Shown piece by piece: positions 8,093 through 17,400 of a DNA stretch of 20,060 nt (the stretch's first letter is position 1; every line of letters starts with the position of its first letter). The notes below the pieces were generated by a model, which was not told where the DNA came from, did no database searches, and saw only the letters and a list, made by a program, of their open reading frames with translations. A program made the translations under genes and the position numbers. Source of the DNA: Abditibacteriaceae bacterium (GTDB lineage: Bacteria; Armatimonadota; Abditibacteriia; Abditibacteriales; Abditibacteriaceae); the NCBI GenBank assembly GCA_031372065.1, contig JANMKN010000062.1, forward strand, positions 1 through 20,060, in the 5' to 3' direction.

Positions 8093-8980
8093 ATGCAAAA
8101 CCTTGAAAACCCTCGCATTGACGCGCTGTTTCCTTCCGGGCAGCCACTGATTTCCTTTGAATTTTTTCCGCCCAGAGACGACAAAGGCGCGCAGCAGCTT
8201 TACAACACCATCGAAGAATTAACGCCGCTGCGCCCCAGTTTCGTTTCCATTACGCGCACAGGAGGCGGCACGCCGCAAACACTCGATTTAACCGCGCGCG
8301 TGCAAAACGAAATCGGCATTCGCGCCATGTCGCACATGACCTGTGTGGGCCACAGCGCGCAGGAAATGGGCGCCTATTTGGACGATTTGTGGGCTTCGGG
8401 CGTGCGCAATGTCTTAGCGCTACGCGGCGATTTGCCACCCGGCCAAACCGCGCTCGCTGCCGATGCCGATTTTTGCTACGCCAACGACTTGGTGAAATTC
8501 GTGCGCGAAAAACACGATTTTTGCATCGGCGTGGCCGGTTATCCCGAAGGCCATCCGCAGGCGCTCAATTATATCCGCGATACCGAAAATCTCAAGCGCA
8601 AAATGGACGAAGGCGCGCAATTTATCATCACACAATTGTTTTTCGACAACGCCGATTTTTATCGCTGGCGCGATATGGTTCACGGCATGGGCATTGATGT
8701 GCCGCTCGTCGCGGGCATCATGCCGATTTTATCCACGCCGCAAATTAAACGCTTTGTGACGATGTGCGGCGCGAAGATTCCGCATCCGCTTTTGCTGCGT
8801 TTGGAAAGTCTTGAAAGCGACCCTCTTGCAGTTCACGCGGCAGGCGTTGAATACGCCATTCGCCAATGCGAAGATTTGCTCTCCAATGGCGTAAACGGCC
8901 TGCATTTTTACACGCTGAATCGCTCAAAAGCGACGGTTCTGATTTCGCAGGCGCTGAATCTCAAAGACCATCCATCATAA
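8093..8980 (+). CDS. metF: 5,10-methylenetetrahydrofolate reductase
   Basis: SFEFFPP, HMTC, NVLALRGD, VAGYPEGHP, ITQLFFDN, GIMPI, GLHFYTLN motifs. Start set at MQNLENP (8093) because the ORF-track start at 8009 would run through the terminator. Confidence 0.96.
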   Translation: MQNLENPRIDALFPSGQPLISFEFFPPRDDKGAQQLYNTIEELTPLRPSFVSITRTGGGTPQTLDLTARVQNEIGIRAMSHMTCVGHSAQEMGAYLDDLWASGVRNVLALRGDLPPGQTALAADADFCYANDLVKFVREKHDFCIGVAGYPEGHPQALNYIRDTENLKRKMDEGAQFIITQLFFDNADFYRWRDMVHGMGIDVPLVAGIMPILSTPQIKRFVTMCGAKIPHPLLLRLESLESDPLAVHAAGVEYAIRQCEDLLSNGVNGLHFYTLNRSKATVLISQALNLKDHPS

Positions 8981-8983
8981 ATT

Positions 8984-9010
8984 ATAGGGGCAGACCTTGT
9001 GTCTGCCCTT
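8984..9010 (+). repeat. Solitary REP-like palindrome (GTAG-family-like, ATAG variant); may double as the metF terminator
   Basis: ATAG-GGGCAGAC-cttgt-GTCTGCCC followed by TTTTT; same architecture as the REPs at 12066-12145. Confidence 0.6.
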
Positions 9011-9017
9011 TTTCAAT

Positions 9018-11942
9018 ATGCAAACATTTCATTCAGCGTTTGACGAAGTTCATGACGTGGCCGTTTTTGGCGGTGGCTGGGCTGGTTTCGCGGCGGCGCG
9101 GGCTTTGGTCGAAGCCGGAAGAAAGACGCTACTGATTGACCGCCGCGCGGCACTTTTGGCCGAAAGCGGCTGGTCGTTTCAAAGCACGGCGGGCCACATC
9201 AATGGCATCGAATGGCGCGATTGGCTCGAAGAATTAACAGCGCGCGACGCCGCGCGCGACGGGCAAATTGATGGCGCTCTTGCCGAAACGATTGCTACCA
9301 AGTGGGCGCACCAAGCGCGACGCGACGGCAAATTGCAAGTGCTGTTTTACACCGCCCCCTTAGCGCTTGAAGGCGGCAACGCTTTAGGCGGTGAACGGCT
9401 CGAAGCGGTTTTGCTGGGCACCAAAGCGGGCTTGCGGCGTGTGGCGGCGACGCAGTGGATTGACGCCACTGAAAGCGGCGAATTGTTGCAACTTTTCGCG
9501 CGCGTGCAAGGCAATCTTTGGCAAACGCCGCCGCGCCTATTGCGCTTTGTGCGCTTATATTTTCGCCACGCCAACTGGCCCGATTTGCCTTGCGGCCCGT
9601 TGGACAATCAAAGTGTTGCCGGTGCGCGTTTGAGCCTCGAAAAAACCATCTGGCCCAATGAGCGCTGTTTAACCGTTACCGTAACGGGCGAAGGCGAAAA
9701 TTACGGCGCTCATTTGCGCGGCTCGTGGATTCCCTCGCTCCAAGCGTTGCACGCAAACTTCCCAGAGGCGATGCGTGAAGCGGTTCTCACACATGGCAGC
9801 GTCGAACCGTTTGATGTCTTTTCGCGCGTGCCGCAAATGCAATCGATTCCGCCCAACATGGTGGCAGCTGTGCCGTGGATGCGTCGCGGAACCGCCGATA
9901 CGTTTTTGGCTGGACGCTTTGAACTGGGCAGCATGGCGGCGCGGCGCATTTTGGATTTGCCGACTTCGCAGCCACAAGCCAACACGCCTTTCAAAGGCGA
10001 AATTTTCTGGCACGAACGCGCAAGCGAAATCGCCGTTGCGGGTTTGGGAACAGGTGGCGCGTTAGCCACTTTAGCGGCGGCGCGCAACGTGAAAACTCAA
10101 GATGCGGTTTTAGGTTTCGATCCACTGTCGTTTTGCGGCGGCATCGGCGCGGGCGGTGGCATTCATTGGTATTATTTCGGTGTCAAAGGCGGTTTGCAGG
10201 ACGAACTTGATGTCCGTCAGCGCGAAGTGATGCCGCTTTTTGCAAGTAGCGGGCAAATTCAGGGTTTTCATCCCGACGCCAAGAAATGCGTTCTCGAAAC
10301 CATGCTGCGCGAAAGCGGTGCAGAGTTGCTTTTTGGCGCGACTTTATTGGATGTCGAACGCGACGGTTCGCGCGTCAAAAGCGCCCTGCTTTCCACTCCA
10401 AACGGGCCTTTGCGTTTGACGGCATCGGCATGGATTGACAGCACCGGCGATGGCGATTTGGCGGCGCGGGCCGGTGCCCCGTCGCGTTTTGGGCGCGATG
10501 GCGATGGACTTTTGCATGCCTATTCGCAATCGTCTGGCAAAGCCAGTTTGAAAAACGACAAAGCCTTCATGAACGTCGTCAATTACGACGCTGGTTTTGT
10601 TGATCCGACGGACAGCGAAGACCTGACGCGGGCGCGTCTCGAAGGCATCGTGCATTACGCCAAGGAATCGTATTCGCAAACCGAGCGCCCGACGTATATC
10701 GCGCCCGCCATCGGCCTCCGACAATCGCGTCACATTGTGACCGATTACACTCTTGAACTTTCCGATCTTATCGAGCGGCGCGAGTTTGACGATGCGGTTG
10801 GTTTAACCGGCTGTCACTACGATAATCACGCCGTTGATTACGAATTTGAAAGCGAAGAATCGCTGCTGTGGGTGTGGGTTTGTCGCCAGTGGCGCGGGCG
10901 CATTGCCTGCGAAATTCCCTATCGCATTTTGCTACCGCAGGGTTTGGATAACGTGTGGCTGGCCTGCCGTGCTTTAGGTGTGTCGCAAGACGCGCATCAT
11001 TCGCTCCGAATGCAGCGCGATATGCAGCGCATCGGCGAAGTGGCGGGTTTGGCCGCGACTTTGGCGCCGCAAGGCCAAAGCCGCGCCGTGCCATTTGACC
11101 AATTGCGCGACGCATTGCACCATAGCGGCGCGTTGCAAAGCGAAGTCAAAGCAGACGACAATTTCGGCCCCGATACGAAAAGCGACGCGGTTTTATCGCA
11201 CGATGAAAATAATGTTTCGTTGTCGCTCGATGCCTTGCAAAACGCACCCGCCGATGAATCGTTTGAAGCGCCGTGGCATTTGTATCGCGCCGGGCAAAAC
11301 GATAACGCGGTGCGCCAGCGCGTTTTGGCCTTGCTCGATTCCGAAAACGTGTTAGCGTCATGGCGCGCGGCGGCCATTGCGGCGCTGTGGGGAGAAACGG
11401 CAGCGCAAAATCGCTTATTGCGCGCCATTACCGAACGCGGCGGCATTGTCGAAAACAGTGATGGTGACCGTGATAAAACTTATCGCTGCGAAGTTCCTAA
11501 TTGGCTCGTCGCCGTTTCGCTGTTGCGTTCGATTGGCGGGCCAGAATGCTTGCCGGTTTTAAGTGAATTAGCCGACGACCAAACGCTTTTACACAACGCG
11601 CGCACGGCGATAGCGCTTTGTTGCGAAGGCATCGCAACGCGTCATGATCTGAGTGAAGGCGAACGCGAAACCATTCTCGAAATTCTTTGGAAGCTTATCG
11701 AAAATCCGGCGCCGAATTCTCTGGCGCCGCCGCAGCGTCCGTTGATGAAAAGCGATTTTGCAGGCACCAATGTATTGGAAGATTGGTCGTGGCAAATCCA
11801 TTTGTCTGTCGCCCGCGCGCGGCGCGCTTTAGGTTTGCCGCCGCATCAACAAGCCGTTGCCTGCTTGCAAGACGAACGTGCCCTCGTGCGCCGCGCTTTT
11901 CAGCTTGTGTGCGCCGATTTGACGATAGAAGTTCCCCTCTGA
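9018..11942 (+). CDS. Large FAD-dependent oxidoreductase (two tandem FAD_oxidored-type modules plus helical HEAT-like C-terminus)
   Basis: Rossmann motifs DVAVFGGGWAG and EIAVAGLGTGG; WIDATESG and WIDSTGDGD; GLRQSRHI, EIPYRILLP, LRMQRDMQRIGEVAG. ATG at 9018 preferred over the TTG at 8997, which lies inside the palindrome. Confidence 0.87.
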   Translation: MQTFHSAFDEVHDVAVFGGGWAGFAAARALVEAGRKTLLIDRRAALLAESGWSFQSTAGHINGIEWRDWLEELTARDAARDGQIDGALAETIATKWAHQARRDGKLQVLFYTAPLALEGGNALGGERLEAVLLGTKAGLRRVAATQWIDATESGELLQLFARVQGNLWQTPPRLLRFVRLYFRHANWPDLPCGPLDNQSVAGARLSLEKTIWPNERCLTVTVTGEGENYGAHLRGSWIPSLQALHANFPEAMREAVLTHGSVEPFDVFSRVPQMQSIPPNMVAAVPWMRRGTADTFLAGRFELGSMAARRILDLPTSQPQANTPFKGEIFWHERASEIAVAGLGTGGALATLAAARNVKTQDAVLGFDPLSFCGGIGAGGGIHWYYFGVKGGLQDELDVRQREVMPLFASSGQIQGFHPDAKKCVLETMLRESGAELLFGATLLDVERDGSRVKSALLSTPNGPLRLTASAWIDSTGDGDLAARAGAPSRFGRDGDGLLHAYSQSSGKASLKNDKAFMNVVNYDAGFVDPTDSEDLTRARLEGIVHYAKESYSQTERPTYIAPAIGLRQSRHIVTDYTLELSDLIERREFDDAVGLTGCHYDNHAVDYEFESEESLLWVWVCRQWRGRIACEIPYRILLPQGLDNVWLACRALGVSQDAHHSLRMQRDMQRIGEVAGLAATLAPQGQSRAVPFDQLRDALHHSGALQSEVKADDNFGPDTKSDAVLSHDENNVSLSLDALQNAPADESFEAPWHLYRAGQNDNAVRQRVLALLDSENVLASWRAAAIAALWGETAAQNRLLRAITERGGIVENSDGDRDKTYRCEVPNWLVAVSLLRSIGGPECLPVLSELADDQTLLHNARTAIALCCEGIATRHDLSEGERETILEILWKLIENPAPNSLAPPQRPLMKSDFAGTNVLEDWSWQIHLSVARARRALGLPPHQQAVACLQDERALVRRAFQLVCADLTIEVPL

Positions 11943-11964
11943 CTACCAATTCGTTCAACGCGTC

Positions 11965-12042
11965 CTGCTTCAAGCCATCCGCCATGTCTTCGGCCAGCGT
12001 AAATAATTCGCTTTGCCCCTTGGGTAACGCATTACTTGCCAT
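11965..12042 (-). pseudogene. 5' remnant of a gene (MASNALPKGQSELFTLAEDMADGLKQ) with intact RBS
   Basis: AAAGGA SD upstream of ATG 12042. About 26-34 protein-like codons, then the frame runs antisense into the oxidoreductase 3' end. The N-terminus recalls a family of helical/FN3 proteins from Verrucomicrobia/Abditibacteriota (from memory, unverified). Confidence 0.45.
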
Positions 12043-12065
12043 TGTTTTTCCTTTCGATAATCTGC

Positions 12066-12145
12066 GTAGGGGCACGCTACAGCGTGCCCGCCTTTGGACA
12101 CGCTGTAGCGTGCCCGCCTTTGGACACGCTGTAGCGTGTCCCTAC
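12066..12145. repeat. REP/REPIN cluster: three GTAG-family palindromes, outer pair inverted
   Basis: GTAGGGGCACGCTACAGCGTGCCC (12066-12089), gccttt, GGACACGCTGTAGCGTGCCC (12096-12115), gccttt, GGACACGCTGTAGCGTGTCCCTAC (12122-12145); begins GTAG, ends CTAC. Confidence 0.85.
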
Positions 12146-12188
12146 CTTTCGGCCCTTTCATCCTCGCGCCGTTCCGCCCGGCCCGCCA

Positions 12189-12339
12189 CAACGCTTGTTT
12201 ACCACCGCGCGCCGCCGCGCTCTTGCTGTCCAGCGCCGTTTGGCTCCGCGCAGCCCCGCGCGGCCCATTTCGACGCTCGTTTGGCCCCGCGCGGCGCCGT
12301 TCGGCCTCATCCAATGCTCGTTTACCACCGCGCGCCACC
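12189..12339. repeat. Degenerate ~41-bp tandem repeat (about 3.7 copies), GC-rich
   Basis: Units start at 12189, 12231, 12271 and 12312 with a cxxxgc(t)ygttt....ccgcgc core; units 1 and 4 share 25 of 28 nt. Confidence 0.65.
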
Positions 12340-12417
12340 TGCCGGACGTTTTTGGCGCATTTTAGCCCTTTTCGCGCTTATTTTGCGCCATTTTGTGCCT
12401 TTTCGCGCCTTAATTGC

Positions 12418-14393
12418 TTATTCCAACCCCAAACGGACGCGGCGGTCATCCCACGCGATTTCGCCCAGCGCCCATTCTTTCGCCACATCAATCGCGGTTT
12501 TTTCGCTGCCCGGAAACTTGTAAGGTGGCACAGGTTCGTTGGTTGAAGGCGTGTGCGCTTTCACATCGCTGCCATCGAACTTGCAACTGTAAATTCGTTG
12601 GCGCCCGATACCATCTTTGGCTTTGGTGTAACCGGCAAACGTCACACGTTCATCGCCCGGCCCAGCCCAACCATCTTGAATCCGCTCAATTTTAGCGCCA
12701 TCCAATTCAGCATCCAATAAAGTGCCCCATTGCAGTGGAGTGGACTTTTTCTCCTCTAACGACAACACATACATACCTTTTCTGCCTTGCATAAGTAATC
12801 GTTTTCCGTCAGGGAAAAAACTGAGGCGTTGTGGAAATTCGGGCAAACCACCAATGATAGTCTCGATTTTTTCGGTGGGATACGGGTCAATTTCTTAGCC
12901 TGCACGATGTCTGAGGGGATGCGCTGAACAACAATCGTTCGTGGTAATCGCTTGGGAGCGTTGTCACCTGTTTCTTTAGGTAACGATTCGACAACCGTGC
13001 TAATAAAATACAACCACGCGCCATCTATAGAAAAAATGGGTGAAATCTGTGGGCCGTCGGCAACTAAGCGAGCAGGCAATTGAAGGTCAACTCCACGATT
13101 CAGGTCATCCGCAAAAAGATCAAAGTTTCCTACTGCACGCCCCGAACTGGATACGATGGCTCTTTCTCCAACGGCATTTACGGCGGCATCTTTTCCATCG
13201 CGCAATGGGTGACCCAAAACGCGATAACTACCTGTTGAAAGGTCAAAAGCATACGACCAGCCTTGACGCTGTAGGGTTAACCAATTCCCATTGGGCAAGC
13301 CGCGCAACGATTCCGTCGTCATCTGCAAATCACAAGTCAAATAAAATATCTTGCCATCCGGCCCGGAAATCATCGCTTGTTCAGGAACAGTTATCCACTC
13401 TGGAGCATTATTTAATTTTCGTCGAGAGCGAAACAGCAAACCACTATTTGTCCAAACAGGAGCCGAATCCAAGGGGCCACCCAATGTCTGGAAATTAGCG
13501 CGCGGCGTATCGCCATGCATCGAATCTATTTCGTCCCAATCTGACTCCTTAGGCAGGTATTTCCCCGTCATGGAATCTATAACAATAGTGCCTAACACTG
13601 TTCTGGCGACGCGAACCGGCAAGGTTGATGTCCATGAGGCATAAACTTTATAGCGGGGTTGCTTCTGTGCATCAATGAGGAGTTCGACTCCATTAATCTT
13701 CGCACCAGAGTATTGTTTGTTATCTTGGATTGCTTTTGCTGCAACGTCGCGGGCTTGGTTCGGCGTGATTTTAAAGGGCACTTGGGGAATCTGTGATTTT
13801 ATGACATCAAAACCTACAATACGACCATCAATTTTTCGCACCCATGCATCAGCCTTTGAAGTCAAGAATCCCCGATTATCTTTGCGGCGCCAATGGAACG
13901 AATAAAAATCAGTGTTTTTAGATTTCTCCGCTTTACTCATGGTTGGAGATTCGCCCTCAAAAAACCATGTGAAATGCTCCTTCAAAAAAGTGATTGCAAC
14001 TTGACGGCTTTGATCTTCAGCAAGCAGCACCGCAGGTTTATCTAACACCCGCCATTCAACGCCACCATTGAGACACTGACCTTCCAGAGGCACTGGTCCA
14101 TCCGTGCCAGCCATTATTCCGCGCAACCTGTAAATGCCCTGCGGATGCTCCGGCTTTTCTGGTGGCAGAAAAACATAGCCATGATCTGCCTTTGGAGTCT
14201 GGTCAACAGGCCAATCCAAATCTGCAAAGCGTGGGGCTTTGAGTATCGGAAGGAGGTATTGGCTGAAATTCTTTGCCTCCACCTCATCGGTCAGCACAGG
14301 ATTTTGCGCCATGCCTTTGGCTTGTCCCAACGCCAGCGTCAGCCAAAAACTTGCAAAAGCAATTTGAGGAATAAAGAAGAGTTTTGTGTGCAT
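12418..14393 (-). pseudogene. Frameshifted secreted protein: PepSY-like domain plus TolB/PD40-like beta-propeller
   Basis: ORFs 12756-14417 and 12418-12846 overlap in different frames and join with one extra base (about 658 aa). Signal peptide from MHTKLFF (14393); ITPNQARDVAAKAI...IVIDSMTGKYL (PepSY-like); SAPVWT, SPIFSIDGAWLYF, SFFPDGKRLL, IYSCKFDGSDVK (PD40-like). Confidence 0.7.
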
Positions 14394-14477
14394 TTTATGC
14401 GATATGCCTACGCCCATTTTTTCGGCTTTATCAACGCTTTGTTAATACGCCATCCGGCACGCAGTCGACCTTAAACA

Positions 14478-17400
14478 TTAGCGCAAATAAATAAATTCTT
14501 TCACGTTGAATAAAACGTGCCCCAAATCGGCCCATGCAGTTTGGTTATTGGCCTCGGTGCCGGTAGTTTTGGCTTGTTCGCCAATGAAATTTAGCGCGGC
14601 GCTTTGTTCTGTTTCCGTCGGTGTGCGCCCAAAAGCGGCGAGATACATTTGCCGCACGCGTTCTTTGGGTTCGGCGAGACTCGCGCTGTTTTCCGCCCAT
14701 ATTTTCGCTTGCTCGACTACAAATGGGTCGTTCATCAAAATCAGCGCCTGTGCGGGCACATTGGATACATTGCGGCGACCCATTGAAGCGAAGGGAATCG
14801 GCATATCGAAGGTCAGCAGCATCGGCTGCAAGAAATTGCGATGCACCGATAAATAAATGCTACGCCGTCCGGCACCATCCAGCGGGCCGCTGGCCGGGCG
14901 TCCGCGCCCATCCATAAACGATGTCAGATAAACCGGCACCGAAGGCCCGCCGATTTTGGGATCAAGGCGCCCGGAAACCGCTAAAACCGCGTCTCGAATC
15001 GCTTCGCCTTCCAGTCGTTTCACATTGGCGCGATGCAGAAAGATATTTTGCGGATCGGCTTCTTCGGCGCGGTTATCGTTTGCCGCGCTGGACATTTGAT
15101 AAGTGCGCGACAACACAATTTCGCGGATCAGTTTTTTCACCGACCAGCCTTGTTCGTTGGCAAAACGCAGCGCCAGATAATCCAGCAACTCGCGGTGCGA
15201 AGGCGATTGGCCCAACACACCAAAGTTATCCACCGTCGGCACGATACCGCGCCCGAATAAATGATGCCAAACGCGATTTACCATCACGCGCGCCGTGAAT
15301 GGATTAGACGGGTTGGCAATTTGATTCGCCAGTTCGTCGCGCCCGCTACCTTTATATTTTATGGTTTTGGTGCCGCCCAACGCTTCGAGAAAGCGGCGCG
15401 GCACGACTTCGCCGGGGCTGCCGGCCTGACCACGAATCAGCAAAAACTCATCTACGCCATTGCCATCGGTCATGGCGGGCGCCGTGGGCGAATTGGTTTG
15501 AATGCGCGCTGTAATTTGCGCTTGTTCTTTGAAAAATGGCTGCACGGCAAGGGCGAAATTGCGCCGCGCTTCGCTGCCGGGCGGCACAAATAAATCTTGG
15601 CGGCGCAGCAAATCATCGGCAATTTCAACAGCGTCGGGTTTGAGCGTGCCGGTAGCCATTTCCTCCGCGACGCCGCGCCAAACTTCGCTCAAAGCCTCGG
15701 CTAAAGCCTGCGGAGATTGCACTTTTGCATCGGAAAACGCCGATAGCAAAAGTTCGTTCGGCACTTCGGGAAGTGGCGGTTTGTTGTCGGATTGCACCAC
15801 CATCGCAATGGACAAATCGCCTTTATCTACCGGACTAAATTCGACGCGCAGGCGATGGCCTTTGTAATCGCCCAATCCGTGCTGCACCCAGTGCCATTCG
15901 TTGTTTTCGTCTTTAAATTCGCGCAGCAAAGCGCCGTGCAGCGGGCCTTGAATCACCAGATGCGAATCTACTGCCGCGTAAACGCGCACTGAACCACGCA
16001 CTAAATACCACAAGCTGTTCGCGTTCAAAGTGAAGTCGCGCGTGCGCAAGGTTTGTTCGCCGCGCTCCCACGCGCCCAGCGAACCGACATCGCGGTCAGC
16101 GCCTTGAACGGCCATGTTTTTCCACGCCTCGCCGCGCACCGCGCTTTGGCGCGTGGCAAAACCCAGCAGTGGTTTTTCAAGGCTATTGCCGATAATCGCT
16201 TCGCCAACGGCGGCGGGCCGCAAGCCGAAACTGTAGCCATCCTGAAACCATTCGTCCGGCGCCGACTTGGCATAATCCACAATCACATTTTCGGCGGCAA
16301 TCGGCGGCGTTTTTTGCGCTTCGGAGTCTTGTTTTTTACAACGATTGAGCAAATCCGTCAAGCGCCGCGCGAATTCTGCCACGTCATCATTTTTTAAGTC
16401 GAGCGCGACGGAAGCGAAAGCGTGCAGCGGATGCGAGGCTTGAGTTTTTGCGGCTTTTAATTCGGCGGCCCACAATTTCAATTGCGCTTCTTCGACGTTG
16501 TGTGCATTGGCAATAGCGGCGCTATCGGCTTTTTCATCCTGCACAATTTCGCGCGCCGCCATCAGATATTTTGGCGCCTGCGCAATGCCTTGTGGCAGCG
16601 CGTTTCCTGCGGCTTTTATCAAACTGGACGCGGCGTTTCGCTGCACTTTTTCCAATTGAGAAGCGATAACGCGATGCGCTTCGAGGCTGCCAAAACGCGC
16701 TTGACGATAACCGCTGCTGACTAAAAAACCACTGAGCGCGTAATAATCGCGCTGTGAAATCGCATCGAATTTATGATCGTGGCAACGCGCGCAACTGACC
16801 GTGAGGCCCAGAAACGTTTTGGTCATCGTATCAAGGCGATTGTCCATGCGATCCGTCTCGTCGCCGCGAATGTTGACCGGCGAATGCACTTCTTCACCCA
16901 GAAACCAAAATCCGGTGCCTAAAATCGATTCATTGGCGCCATTTTGCGTGTTCAAGCGCGGCGACGGAAGTAAATCGCCCGCGATATGTTCGCGCACAAA
17001 TTGGTTGTAAGGCACATCGGCGTTGAGGGCGCGCACGACGTAATCCCGATATTGATAGGCGTTGGGAATCGGATAATCGAATTCGTGGCCGCGCGTTTCG
17101 GCGTAGCGCACCGAATCGAGCCAATGACGGCCCCAGCGTTCGCCAAATTGCGGTGAGGCCAAAAGGCGATCCACTTCGCCTTCGAGAGCAGTTTGGGGAT
17201 TAAGCGCGCAGGCTTTTTCAAACGCGGCAATTTCGCTTGGTTTGGGCGGCAATCCTGTGATATCGAAATGCAAACGCCGCAACAAAACCAGTGGTTCGGC
17301 GCGCGGCGCGGGCGCCAGTTTTTTTTCTTCGAGACGCGCTAAAATATAGCGATCGATCGCTTGCGCGCCCCATTTTTTATCTTTGACAGGCGGTAGCGCC

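Noticed and set aside
12066..12339. Possible CRISPR array
   Set aside because: Linkers are identical 6-mers or degenerate repeats rather than unique spacers, and there are no cas genes; REP and tandem-repeat explanations fit better.
11687..12546. ORFs 11687-12523 (+), 11970-12338 (-) and 12136-12546 (+)
   Set aside because: Arg/Ala/Pro-rich read-through of GC-rich repeats, two of them overlapping real genes; no protein-like features.
12810..12875. Programmed -1 ribosomal frameshift
   Set aside because: No in-frame X XXY YYZ heptamer such as A AAA AAG and no obvious stimulatory structure; a simple indel is more parsimonious.
11943..14477. Transposon or prophage
   Set aside because: No transposase, integrase, terminal inverted repeats or target-site duplication found; treated as a variable region only.
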